A DNA stretch of 64,000 nucleotides, from NCBI GenBank assembly GCA_038087875.1, contig CM075997.1:3846001-3910000 (forward strand), given 5' to 3'. The position numbers and the translations under genes were made by a program. How positions within the stretch are numbered: the stretch's first letter is position 1; each line of letters begins with the position of its first letter. Under the pieces are notes generated by a model. It saw only the letters and a list, made by a program, of their open reading frames with translations. It was not told where the DNA came from and did not search any database. Source of the stretch: Malacoraja senta (Eukaryota). This document shows positions 51,116-62,265 of the stretch, in pieces.

Positions 51116-51116
<1 letters not shown>
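47469..51116 (-). mobile_element. Tx1-clade (L1 group) non-LTR retrotransposon, internally deleted, flanked by (TC)n repeats
   Basis: ORF1 has a CCHC knuckle. The ORF2 C-terminal region reads CVRTQVVALRLRTL..., LPVFYRDVLRV and CIFCSEEETVFHVYMEC. AATAAA and an A-rich tail lie at 47469-47497. I see no endonuclease or RT core. Confidence 0.9.
49599..50591 (-). CDS. Tx1-type ORF1 (Gag-like nucleic acid-binding protein: RRM-like region plus CCHC zinc knuckle); probably truncated by a frameshift
   Basis: A 330-aa ORF with VLLRSCPTYISDAALLPHLSRFGEV, FSFKRRVFM and CHVCGEFGHLRREC, followed by the acidic/basic WEVQRRKGR segment typical of Tx1 ORF1. Confidence 0.85.
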   Translation of the reverse strand: MAMAGARLKNRSYVGVASPADARPSEYEPYVDLDWDRFGISVQTGPQMSRGAITKAMNDLLGGRAVVSSELERGKVEMILKTREDVAIALERGISVGGGGVHIQVDPWVSRVRPVLLRSCPTYISDAALLPHLSRFGEVRSKCFRLMHPGGDPEERGIFSFKRRVFMKVGEGEGAEGSFEVELKGLRRTVYWSWGKARCHVCGEFGHLRRECLLHGVAARSSSAAAQECTAGPSGVARHASVAWGGTADLARAASSASVILGGSDSPSGSASSALGTRGRDGPRPLRPEPVEGVVADGEAQGEGDEGEGNWEVQRRKGRGKTHSSESNAI

Positions 51117-51189
<73 letters not shown>

Positions 51190-51378
51190 TCTCCCTCTCT
51201 CACTCTCCCTCTCTCCATCTCCCTCTCTCTCTCTCTCCCTCTCTCACTCTCTCCATCTCCCTCTCCCTCTCCCTCTCTCCCTCTCCCTCTTCTCCCTCCC
51301 TCTCTCTCTCCCTCTCTCTCCCTACCTCTCCCTCTCTCTCTCCCTCTCTCCCTCTCTCTCTGCCTGTGTCTCTCCCTC
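51117..51378. repeat. (TC)n microsatellite at the Tx1 5' flank
   Basis: Direct reading; it begins with more than 30 perfect CT units. Confidence 0.95.
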
Positions 51379-52485
51379 TATATCAGACTATTCACAAATG
51401 CTGATGCTTTGCCGACTAAGGGGATATGGGGAGAAGGCAGGAACGGGGTACTGATTGGGGATGATCAGCCATGATCACATTGAATGGCGGTGCTGGCTCG
51501 AAGGGCCAAATGGCCTCCTCCTGCACCTATTGTCTATTGTCTATTGAAAGGTCACCTATCCATGTTCTCCAGAGATGCTGCCTGACCCGTTAAGTTACTC
51601 CAGCACTTTGTGTCTGTCCATATTCAATATTGCATAAACCAGCTGCATTATCTCTTGTGGTTAATAAATAAACAAGTTTTTTTTAGTTTAGTTTCGAGAT
51701 ACAGCGCGGAAACAGGCCCTTCAGCCCATTGAGTCTGCACCGACCAGCGATCCCCGCACACTAACACTATCCTACACACATGAAGGACAATTTTCATTCA
51801 TATCAAGCCAATTAATCTACAAACCTGTACATAGACAATAGGTGCAGGAGTAGGCCATTCGGCCCTTCAAGCCAGCATCACCTTTCAATGTGATCATGGC
51901 TGATCATCCATAATCAGTACCCCGTTCCTGCCTTCTCTCCATATCCCTTAACTCCGCTATTTTTAAGAGCTCTATCTAACTCTATCTTGAAAGTATCCAG
52001 AGAACCGGCCTCCACCGCCCTCTGAGGCAGAGAATTCCACAGACTCACAACTCTCTGTGAGAAAAAGTTTTTCCTCATCTCCGTTCTAAAGTGGCTGTGG
52101 GAGAAAACCGAAGATCTCTGAGAAAACCCACGCAGGTCACGGGGGGAACGTACAAACTCTGTACAGACAGCACCCGTAGTCGGGATCGAACCCGGGTCTC
52201 TGGCGCTGCAAGCGCTGTAAGGCAGCAACTCTACCGCTGCGCCACCGTGCCCGCCCCTCTCCCGTCGGACAAAAGCTTGAAAGCGCGTAACACCAGAATC
52301 AGGCACAGCTTCCGCCCCCACTGTTATGAGACTAATCAACAGTCTCCCCATGAGCTAAGGTGCAGTCCAGATCTTCCAACCTACCTCATTGTGGACTTCG
52401 CACTTTTATTTTTAAAAGTCTGCACTTTCTCTGTACTATGTTCACATATTCTGTTGTGCAGCTGCAAGTAAAAATTTCACTTTAA

Positions 52486-52626
52486 AGGGCCTGTCCCACG
52501 TGGCCGTCGCGACACGCACGTGATGCGCGCATGGTGCGTGGTGACATAGGCAGGATTTTGTGATGTATAAAATCTTCGCGCGCCATCTGCGTGACGTGCA
52601 AATGACGGCCAAGTGGGACAGGCCCT
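52486..52626. mobile_element. PIF/Harbinger-type MITE (short); a related degenerate copy lies at ~58269-58469
   Basis: TIRs AGGGCCTGTCCCAC / GTGGGACAGGCCCT with TSD TAA. Confidence 0.75.
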
Positions 52627-52828
52627 TAAGACACTAAAAGCTCTTCATAATCCCGCCCCGTGCCCCAGTGAAATCCCTGGAAGTACTGGGGCTTGGTTCA
52701 AGCCTTTCCACCAGCACCCTAGAACAATCCCCTTTCTATGACGTACCTCCACGTTGCCCCTTGATACAGGCCCCAAGCTGGAAGCTGCCGCTTATGTTGA
52801 CATATCCTCTCCCGCTGTGTTAGGTATA

Positions 52829-53118
52829 TAGAGATACAGCGCAGAAACAGGCCCTTCGGCCCATTGAGGCCGTGCTGACCAGCGATCACCCCGCACGCTA
52901 ACACTATCCTACACACACTAGGGACATTTAACCAAAGCCCATTAGCCCACAAAGCTGCACGTCTTTGGAGTGTGGGAGGAAATGGGAGCACCCGTAGAAA
53001 ACCCACACAGGTCACGGGGAGAACGTGCAAACTCCGTACAGACAGCACCTGTAGTCAGGACCGAACCCGGGTCTCTGGCGCTGTGAGGCAGCAACTCTAC
53101 CGCTGCGCCACCGCGCCG
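52829..53118 (-). mobile_element. tRNA-derived V-SINE (HE1-like)
   Basis: Reverse complement of the same consensus. Confidence 0.85.
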
Positions 53119-54133
53119 AACCATAACTCTGTAGTCCAGACTGGTGGAGTGGACTCGGTGGGCCGAATGGCCTGTTTCCCCGCTGTATCTCTAAACTACA
53201 CTGTAGAGGCGATTCCGGAGTTTGGGATTTCACCGAGCTGATGGATCGAAGAGGGTTTGGAATGTTTGGAATGGAGGAATCATAGTCACCGGGAGACTTT
53301 GACGGGATTTGAGCACGGCTTGGACTTTGCATTCCGTCGCCAGGGTGAGACTTGAACTCACAACCTCTGGCACAGAGCCACCAGCTCCAGCAATGAGGCT
53401 GAATGGTGAAGTCTGCAAAAGGTGAGCTTTCTCGTTCCCAGAAATAAACATTGATCATGATAATAAAAATATATATATATACAAAACAAGAACAGCGCAA
53501 AAACACTTGCAACGTTCCCAGTGTTTATACACTCATTGTGTAGGTAGAATTGCTGCCTCACAGCACCAGAGACCCTGGTTCGATCCTGACTGCGGGTGCT
53601 GTCTGTACGGAGTTTGTACGTTCTCCCCGTGACCTGCGTGTGTTTACCCCGGGTGCTCCGGTTTCCTCCCACACTCCAAAGATGTACAGCTTTGTAGGTT
53701 AATTTTTGCTTGGCGTAAATGTAAAATTGTCCCTAGTGTGTGTTAGTGTATGGGGATCGCTGTTCTCCCTGTGTGACCATGTGGGTTTTCTCTGGGTGCT
53801 CCGGTTTCCTCCCACACTCCCAAAGACTCCCACACTCCAAAGGTTTGCAGGTTAATTTGGTTTCCGGTAAAACTTGTGAATTGTCCCATGTGTGTGTAGA
53901 CAATAGACAATAGACAACAGGTGCAGGAGTAGGCCATTCGGCCCTTCGAGCCAGCACCGCCATTCAATGTGATCATGGCTGATCATCCACAATCAGTACC
54001 CCGTTCCTGCCTTCTCCCCATATCCCCTGATTCCGCTATCTTTAAGAGCCCTATCGAGCTCTCTCTTGAAAGTATCCAGAGATCCAGCTGTATCTTTAAA
54101 CTAAACTAAACTAAACTAAACTTTTAAATGAGT

Positions 54134-54477
54134 TCATTTATACTGGGATATAATACTCATTACACCTGGGGTGATCACCCTCTCCGTGTTTGAGGGGTCC
54201 CCGGACTCTGCCCCCCCCCCCCATGTCCAGTGACGGAAGGACCCTAGACTGTGGCCCTCCCCCACCGAGCCTTGGTGTTGTCTGCACCGAGCTTCAGTGC
54301 GTCCCTCAGCACGTACTCCGGCAGTCTGGAGCGGGCCAGTCGGCAACATTCCCCCACGGACATCTCGCTCTGCCGGGAGGTCAACAAGGTTCGGGGCTGA
54401 CCAAAGAGCATCTTTCACCGAGTTGATGACCCTCCAGCAGCACTTGGCGTCCGTCTCCGAATGTGTCCCTGGGAACC
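54134..54477 (-). mobile_element. Tx1-clade ORF2 3' fragment (a different family from 47469-51116)
   Basis: Across one frameshift it reads FPGTHSETDAKCCWRVINSVKDALWSA...CCRLARSRLPEYVLRDALKLG...RWGRATV*. Confidence 0.75.
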
Positions 54478-55011
54478 AAAGGTAGACACAAAATGCTGGA
54501 GTAACTCAGCGGGACGGGCAGCATCTCTGGAGAGAAGGAATGGGTGACGTTTTGGGCTGAGACCCTTCTTCAAGCTGATCCTTGGGAACAGTCTGTCGAT
54601 CAGAAAGTCCTCTGTTATAGTAGTGTAGGAAGGAACTGCAGATGCTGGTTTAAACTGAAGATAGACACAAAAAGCTGGAGTAACTCAGCGGGACAGGCAG
54701 CATCTCTGGAGAGAAGGAATGGGTGACGTTTTGGATCGAGACTTCTTCTAATCCTTCTTCTCTGCAGAAATGCTGCCTGTCCCGCTAAGTTACTCCAGCT
54801 TTTTGTGTCTAACTTCAATCCTCTGTTCCGTATGAGCCTTGCATCATTCTCCAGACCCTCTTGGCAAGCCCACACTCTACAGAGAGAGCTTTGCATTCTA
54901 CTCACGTTGGCAGCCTGTGAATGAACCACACTTTGACAGCACTGCTCTCCAGTGACGACCCAAGAATGAGAAAACATGTTTGCAGCAGGGGACCTGAAGA
55001 AGGGTCTTGAC

Positions 55012-55415
55012 CAAAGACCCTACAGCGAGCAAGATAGTCCACTCGACGAAAAAGACATAGTACGGTCATGGGCAGATTCATGGGTAATTTTCGGCCCCAT
55101 TTCCGTAACCGGCTTCCGTCTCCGCACCAAAGATCCCATAGCGGAGCAAAGATACTAGTGCGGAGACGGAAGCCGGTTACGGAAACATCCTCGTAAAAAT
55201 AAAAGTTCTTTGGGAAAAATCTTCTCCTCATTTTCAGAATTATAATTTATTAACACAAACTGTTCCCCCGCAACGTTGATTACACTGCGGGTCGGGTCGG
55301 GTCCGGTTACTGAAATGGATGAAAAAAAGGCCCACGTTGCGCTCCGTTGCGTACTACACGTCAGCCCATTGCATTTAGCAGGAGTGGTCTATCTTGCTCC
55401 GCTATAGGATCTTTG
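55012..55415. mobile_element. hAT-type MITE, copy 2
   Basis: Highly similar to 14529-14931, with an 8-bp TSD GTCTTGAC/GTCTCGAC. Confidence 0.85.
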
Positions 55416-56184
55416 GTCTCGACCCTCTCGGGCCTGTCCTGCTGAGTTACTCCAGCATTTTGTGTCTGTCTTCAGGGAGCTGTGAATGTCAGTATTGTTC
55501 AGGACTGGAGAGAGGGGGGAGGTGGAGACTGGAGTTTCTTCTGGTCAAAGGAACAATGGTCAAAGCTGCAGCTCTTTACACAACTAACAATGGCCTGTGT
55601 TGTTTATCATTCTTACTGGTTTTTGCATATCTTTCCTTTAAGAATAAGGGGTCGGCCATTTAGAACGGAGACGAGGAAACACTTTTTCACACAGAGAGTT
55701 GTGAGTCTGTGGAATTCTCTGCCTCAGAGGCAGGTTCTGTGGATACTTTCAAGAGAGAGCTAGATAGGGATCTTAAAAATAGCGGAGTCAGGGGATATGT
55801 GGAGAAGGCAGGAACGGGGTACTGATTGGGGATGATCAGCCATGATCACATTGAATGGCGGTGCTGGCTCGAAGGGCCGAATGGCCTACTCCTGCACCTA
55901 TTGTCTATTGTCTTATCGTTCTATATCTCTCGATATCGCCGTCTATTGCTCGCGTTTGCCTCTCAGTCTGACGAAGGGTCTCGACCCGAAACGCCACCCA
56001 TTCCTTCTCTCCAGAGATGCTGCCTGTCCCGCTGAGTTACTCCAGCATTTTATGTCTATCTTCGATGCGGGAATGGTGTCTGGCACGTCTTTGGAGTGTG
56101 GGAGGAAACCGGAGCACCCGGGTAAAACCCACACGGTCACAGGGAGAACGTACAGACACTAACACTATCCTATCCACACACGTA

Positions 56185-57089
56185 AGGGCCTGTCCCACTT
56201 ACGCGACCTTTACAGGCGACTTTCGGCACCCGTCATAGGTCGCCGAAATTTTCAACATGTTGAAAATTCAGCGGCGACCAGAAAGACTCTTTGGAGACCT
56301 CCCACCACCATAGGAGACCTCTCACGGCCATACAGGCGACCCCTGGCGACATGTCGTGGGTGACCTCTCACGATCATACAGCTTGTATGATCATTAGAGG
56401 TCTCCTATGGTCGTGAGAGGTCTCCAAAGAGTCAATAAACAATAGACAATAGACAATAGACAATAGACAATAGACAATAGACAATAGGTGCAGGAGTAGG
56501 CCATTCAGCCCTTCGAGCCAGCACCGCCATTCAATGTGATCATGGCTGATCATCCCCAATCAGTACCCCGTTCCTGCCTTCTCCCCATATCCCCTGACTC
56601 CGCTATTTTTAAGAGCCCTATTTAGCTCTCTCTTGAAAGCATCCAGAGAACCGGCCTCCACCGCCCTCTGAGGCAGAGAATTCCACAAACTCACCACTCT
56701 CTGCGAGAAAAAGTGTTTCCTCGTCTCCGTTCTAAATGGCCGACCCCTTATTCTTAAACTGTTCCCCCCGGTTCTGGACTCCCCCAACGTCGGGAACATG
56801 TTTCCTGCCTCTAGCGTGTCCAAACCCTTAACAATCTTATATGTTTCAATAAGATATCCTCTCATCCTTCTAAACTCCAGAGTGTACAAGCCCAGCCGCT
56901 CCATTCTCTCAGCATATGACAGTCCCGCCATCCTGGGAATTAACCTTGTAAACCTACGCTGCGCTCCCTCAATAGCGAGAGTCGCGGCGTCTTGCTGGTC
57001 GCCGCTGAATTTTCAACGTTGAGAATTTCGGCGACCTATGGCGGGTGCCGGCAGTCGCCTGTAAAGGTCGCGTAAGTGGGACGGGCCCT
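56185..57089. mobile_element. PIF/Harbinger-type MITE with ~100-bp inverted arms, interrupted by a CR1 fragment
   Basis: AGGGCCTGTCCCACTTACGCGACCTTTACAGGCGAC... is mirrored at ~56990-57089. Confidence 0.78.
56434..56975 (-). mobile_element. CR1 LINE 3' fragment nested in a Harbinger-type MITE
   Basis: ORF 56560-56931 with a (CAATAGA)n tail. AGAGTC is present on both flanks. Confidence 0.9.
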
Positions 57090-57169
57090 TAACACTATCC
57101 TACACACACTAGGGACAATTTCCAATTTAAACCAGCATCTGCAGTTGCTTCCTACACTATGGTCGGGAT

Positions 57170-57428
57170 TGTCAGAGCTGCAGCTGTTGCTGTCGGTCTC
57201 TCCCCCTCCCCTCCCTCTCCCCCCCTCCCCCCCTCCCTCCCCCAACTCCCTGCTATGCATTACCATTGGTGCAGTCTCTGCTAGTGTGAAGTTAGTGGGT
57301 CATGTGGCGTGTGAGTGAAGTCCAGATTGCAGAGCTCTGGGCTGCAGAGATAATACTGAAGCAAGAGCCTCCTACGACGATCTTTGCTGCGCTCTGCTGT
57401 GCTGCAGGGCATTGGGACAAGCGGAATA
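57170..57428 (+). promoter_or_regulatory. Probable proximal promoter / 5' UTR of the CHP2-like gene
   Basis: Non-repetitive sequence directly upstream of the ATG, with a C-rich tract (57200-57250) resembling Sp/KLF sites. The transcription start cannot be located. Confidence 0.4.
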
Positions 57429-57495
57429 ATGGGACTCTACTCCTCGCACCTCTCCAAGATTGAGAACCTCGCGGAAATCATGGCAGAGACAGGCT
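57429..57495 (+). CDS. chp2: Calcineurin B homologous protein (CHP2-like), coding exon 1
   Basis: ATG at 57429 gives MGLYSSHLSKIENLAEIMAETG+T, then a GTGAGT donor. It carries the MGxxxS myristoylation motif and the ...ETG end of CHP1/CHP2 exon 1 (67 coding nt, phase 1). CHP2 rather than CHP1 is inferred from the SSH here and the IGxLAVNPLG..FFPDG residues in exon 3. Confidence 0.88.
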
Positions 57496-57766
57496 GTGAG
57501 TGAACGCAGAGCTAACTGTTGGGGGAACTTGGAGCATTAACAGTGGGTGGAAACCTGCTCTGTGTAGCTGTCCATGTTTACAGAGGCATGCATGCATTCA
57601 TTCCCCTCCAGTGCTTGTTCAGGCAGAGTTTTATTTCAGATTCGTTTATTCTCAGCGAGCTCTCACTGCTTGCCAATGTCTCTCACTTGTTGCTTTTCTT
57701 TTTAACTTGCGGAGGTTTTCTGCCTCTTTCCACGCTGTATCTCCAAACCAAACTAATCTCGGAGAG

Positions 57767-58070
57767 TGTTCAAGAAGGAACTGCAGATGCTGGAAAATCC
57801 AAGGTAGACAAAAGTGCTGGAGGAACTCAGCGGGTGAGGCAGCATCTATGGAGCGAAGGAAATAGGCAACGTTTCGGGCCGAAACCCTTCTTCAGACTTT
57901 AACAACGCGAATTCGTATTTCCGTACGAAATACGGAAAATTAGCGTGGGGCCCAATTGGCCCAACGTTTCGAACCAGTCTGAAGAAGGGTTTCGGCCCGA
58001 AACGTTGCCTATTTCCTTCGCTCCATAGATGCTGCCTCACCCGCTGAGTTTCTCCAGCACTTTTGTCTAC
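57767..58070. mobile_element. Palindromic Penelope-derived short element in CHP2 intron 1
   Basis: Two inverted pLTR halves, flanked by the 14-bp duplication CTAATCTCGGAGAG (57753-57766 and 58071-58084). Confidence 0.8.
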
Positions 58071-58164
58071 CTAATCTCGGAGAGGTTGGGGTGTGTCTGC
58101 GTTTAACTGTAACATGGCCAGCTCACCCATCACCAAGCGCACTCTGATAACCTTCTCTCTTTAG

Positions 58165-58237
58165 TTTCCAAGTCCCACATCGGTCGTCTGTACAATCGGT
58201 TCCAAGGGCTGGACGAGAGCAACAGGGGGAGTCTGAG
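58165..58237 (+). CDS. chp2: CHP2-like coding exon 2 (EF-hand 1 region)
   Basis: Acceptor ccttctctctttag and donor GTAAGA. The 73 nt are in frame with exon 1 and read FSKSHIGRLYNRFQGLDESNRGSLS, compared with CHP1 FSHSQITRLYSRFTSLDKGENGTLS. Confidence 0.92.
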
Positions 58238-58894
58238 GTAAGATGGTGGGCTCACAAAGTCTAAAGTCGGGGCCTGTCCTACGTGGGCGTCATTTGCGCG
58301 TCACGCAGGCGGCGCGCGGAGATTTTGTGAACCCCCAAAATCCTGGGGCGCCGCGCGTCACTGCCTTCGTCACCATGTGCGAGTAATGCACGACAAGCGC
58401 GCATCGTGCGTCGTGATGCGTAAATGATGCCGCGTAAATAACACCCAAATAACGCCCAAGTGGGACAGGAGTGTGATTTATGTGTTAGCGTGTTGTCTCA
58501 GTCTATGTGCCCGTGAAGTAGGATTTCCAATGGACCTGAACCTTGTGTGAGCGATAATATACTCAACTTGACTCGAATTGAAGTAGGAAGGAACTGCAGA
58601 TGCTGGTTTAAACCGAAGATAGACACAAAATGCTGGAGTAACTCAGCGGGACAGGCAGCATCGCTGGAGAGAAGGAACGGGTGACGTTCCTTCCTACATA
58701 AAGGTTTAATGATGTTGGGCTTGTCTTCAATAGGAACCTTTGTGCTTGTTGCAAGACAAATGTAAATAGCCTTGCCCATGAAGGACAGAGTCCATTGTTA
58801 CAAGCAGGAAAATAACATTTTAATGACAGGGGTGTGAATGTTGGCGCTAGGTTCAGGAGCTGGGACACATAAAGTGTCACATAAAGGGACACAG

Positions 58895-59586
58895 GAGCTA
58901 GCTTCTTTCAGCTTCGGACGACAGCTAAAATAAAACAATTCCTCCAGTTTGATGACCTCGAAAAGATCATCCACACATTCATCTCCTCCCGCCTAGATTA
59001 CTGCAACTCCCTTTACACTGGCATCAGCCAATCGTCCCTGTCCCGCCTGCAACTGGTCCAAAACGCCAATTGCAGCGAGACTCCTGACGGGCACCCGAAA
59101 AAGGGACCACATCACCCCGATCCTGGCCTCTCTCCACCGGCTCCCTGTGCGGTTCCGTATAAACTTCAAGATCCTCCTCCATGTCTACAAAGCCCTCAAT
59201 GGGCTTGCCCCCACCTACATAAAAAGTCTTCTCACCCACCACTCCACCTCCAGGCCCCTCAGATCGGCCGACTTGGGGTTGCTGAATATCCCACGGTCTA
59301 GGCATAAGCTCAGGGGTGACCGGGCCTTTGTGGTTGCAGCCCCTAGACTGTGGAACAGCATCCCCCTTCCCATCAGAACTGCCCTCTCCATCGACTCTTT
59401 TAAGTCAAGACTAAAAACATCTATACTCCCAATCCTTTCCTGACGTCCTCTGAGTGAGGGCTACATGTATATATGTATGTAGTTTGTTTTGTTTGTGCTA
59501 TTCTTATAACAAATGTAAAGCACTTTGGCCAACGAGAGTTGTTTTATAAATGTGTTATATAAATAAATGTGACTTGACTTGACTTG
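58895..59586 (+). mobile_element. L2-clade LINE 3' fragment in CHP2 intron 2; shorter copies at ~45607-45864 and ~46320-46788
   Basis: ISSRLDYCNSL...RLQLVQNA...DHITPILASLHRLPVRFRINFKILL..YKALNGLAP...GDRAFVVAAPRLWNS, with a (GACTT)n tail. Confidence 0.9.
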
Positions 59587-59794
59587 ATAAAGTCATAGAG
59601 TGATACAGCGTAGAAACAGGCCCTTCAGCCCAACTTGCCCATGCCAACCAACATGCCCCATCTACACAACTCCCACCTGCCCACGTTTGGCCCATATCCC
59701 TCTAAACCTGCCCTATCCATGCACCTGTCTAAATGTTTCTTAAACATTGCGATAGTCCCAGCACAACTGCTCGTGCCTGGTGGGATTGAGTGTG

Positions 59795-59864
59795 GCTCAG
59801 GGGTCCGATGACGCTCAGGGGTCCGATGAGGCTCAGGGGTCCGATGAGGCTCAGGGGTCCGATG
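59795..59864. repeat. 18-bp tandem repeat GCTCAGGGGTCCGATGAG, about 4 copies
   Basis: Direct reading. Confidence 0.9.
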
Positions 59865-61761
59865 TGCGAGCCACACTCACAGGAGAGCAGTGGGGGTACA
59901 TGTAACATAGAAACATAGACAATAGGTGCAGGAGGAGGCCGTTCAGCCCTTTGAGCCAGCACTGCCATTCAATATGATCATGGCTGATCATCCCCAATCA
60001 GTACCCCGTTCCTGCTTTTCCCCCATATCCCTTGATTCCGTTAGCCCCAAGAGCTACTGTATAGTCGAACTCTCTCTTGAAAACATCCAGTGAATTGGCC
60101 TCCGCTGCCTTCTGTGGCAGAGAATTCCACAGAATTCACAACTCTCTGGGTGACAAAGGATAGAACTAACGATCGCTGGTCGGCATGGACTCAGTGGGCC
60201 GAAGGGCCTGTTTCCACACTGGGCCTCTAAGCTAAACTAAAGCTGTTTGTCCATCTCTTGCCCACACCGACCAACCTGTCCCATCTACACTGCACTAGTC
60301 CCACCTGCCTGCATTTGGCCCATATCCCTCTAAACCTGTCCTATCCATGTACCTGTCTAAATAGACAATAGACAATAGGTGTAGGAGTAGGCCATTAGGC
60401 CCTTCGAGCCAGCACCGCCATTCAATGTGATCATGGCTGATCATCCCTAATCAGTACCCCCGTTCCTGCCTTCTCCCCATATCCCCTGACTCCGCTATTT
60501 TTAACCCTATCTAGCTCTCTCTTGAAAGCATCCAGAGAACCTGCCTCCACTGCCCTCCGAGGCAGAGAATTCCACAGACTCACCACTCTATGTTTCTTAA
60601 ATGTGCCTGACACTTAAACATGAGAATTCCTGAGTTGTCAGAAATTATCCTTCCTTTTCTCAGCTGATCTAATTTCTGATGGGGTCTCGACCATCCCTGT
60701 AATTTACAGGGAAACCGTTTAGTCAGTGGCCAGATCTACAATACAGAGGTTTAAGAAAGCAACTGGACAAGTACTATCTGGCACCTGGTCTCTGGCGCTG
60801 TGAGGCAGCCACTCTACCAGCTGCACCGCTGTGCCAACCATAAGTAATGGCCGCCCACGGTGGCGCAGCGGTAGAGTTGCCGCCTTACAGCGCTGGAGAC
60901 CCGGTTCGATCCCGACTACGGGTGCCGTCTGTACGGAGTTTGTACGTTCTCCCCGTGAGCTGCGCGGGTTTTCTCCGAGATCTTCGGTTTCCTCCCACAC
61001 TCCAGGTTTGTGGGCTAATTGGCTTGGTGTATGTGTAAATTCCCCCCAGTGAGTGTAGGATGGTGTTAATGTGCGGGGATCGCTGGTCGGTGCGGTGGGC
61101 CGAATGGGCCTGTGTCTCTAAAACTAAAAACTAAAACTAAATAAATACATCGAAAAGTTTGACAAAAGTGCTGGAGAAACTCAGCGGGTGCGGCAGCGTC
61201 TATGGAGCGAAGGAAATAGGCAACGTTTCGGGAAGTCTGAAGAAGGGTTTCGGCCCGAAACGTTGCCTATTTCCTTCGCTCCATAGATGCTGCCTCACCC
61301 GCTGAGTTTCTCCAGCATTTTTGTCCACCTTCGATTTTCCAGCATCTGCAGTTCTTTCTTGAACATTGAAAAGTGTTTTGCTTCTGTGCTCGGTAATCAA
61401 ATCAGATAACACTATACTTGAATACCAGAGGGTTCAGGAGCTTCCTGTGCGCTGGTCAACACTCTGAGCCCAGACACCTGTTGAATGAATGAATGAATGA
61501 TACTTTATTATTACATGTGACGAGTCACAGTGAGATTCTATGTTTTGCATTAACACAAGGTATGCAAAGAGTTACCACCTAAAGGGCATGGACAAGTTAC
61601 AAAGTGTTCCATTTAGTTTCCAATGGCCCTCCTTAGTTCTTGGTGGCCCCCCAACGCTGGGTCCTCCTTTGTTCTCTGCGGTGCGTTTGGCACCCACCAC
61701 GGTCCCCTCCGACCTCTGGCAACCTCCGCCGGCCCCTTCTTCCACCCCTGGTCCCCCGACC

Positions 61762-62265
61762 TGGAGTTTGGAAGGATGAGAGGATATCTCACAAACAAGA
61801 TCAAATAGAACAAGTTCACCTACAACTTTAGGCTGCGCACGCCATACGTAAGAAGAAGAAGAAGGATGAGAGGGGATCTCATTGAAACATATAAAATTAT
61901 TAAGGGTTTGGACAAGCTAGAGGCAGGAAACATGTTCCCGATGTTGGGGGGGAGTCCAGAACCAGGGGCCACAGTTTAAGAATAAGGAGTAAGCCATTTA
62001 GAACGGAGACGAGGAAACACTTTTTCTCACAGAGAGTGGTGAGTCTGTGGAATTCTCTGCCTCAGAGGGCGGTGGAGGCCGGTTCTCTGGATACTTTCAA
62101 GGGAGAGTTAGATAGGGCTCTTAAAAATAGCGGAGTCAGGGGATATGGGGAGAAGGCAGGAACGGGGTACTGATTGGGGATGATCAGCCATGATCACATT
62201 GAATGGCGGTGCCGGCTCGAAGGGCCAAATGGCCTACTCATGCACCTATTGTCTATTGTCTATTG
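61762..62265 (+). mobile_element. CR1 LINE 3' fragment in CHP2 intron 2, itself carrying a 70-bp insertion
   Basis: CR1 ORF2 end plus ATTGTCT tail. GACCT is present on both flanks. Confidence 0.88.
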
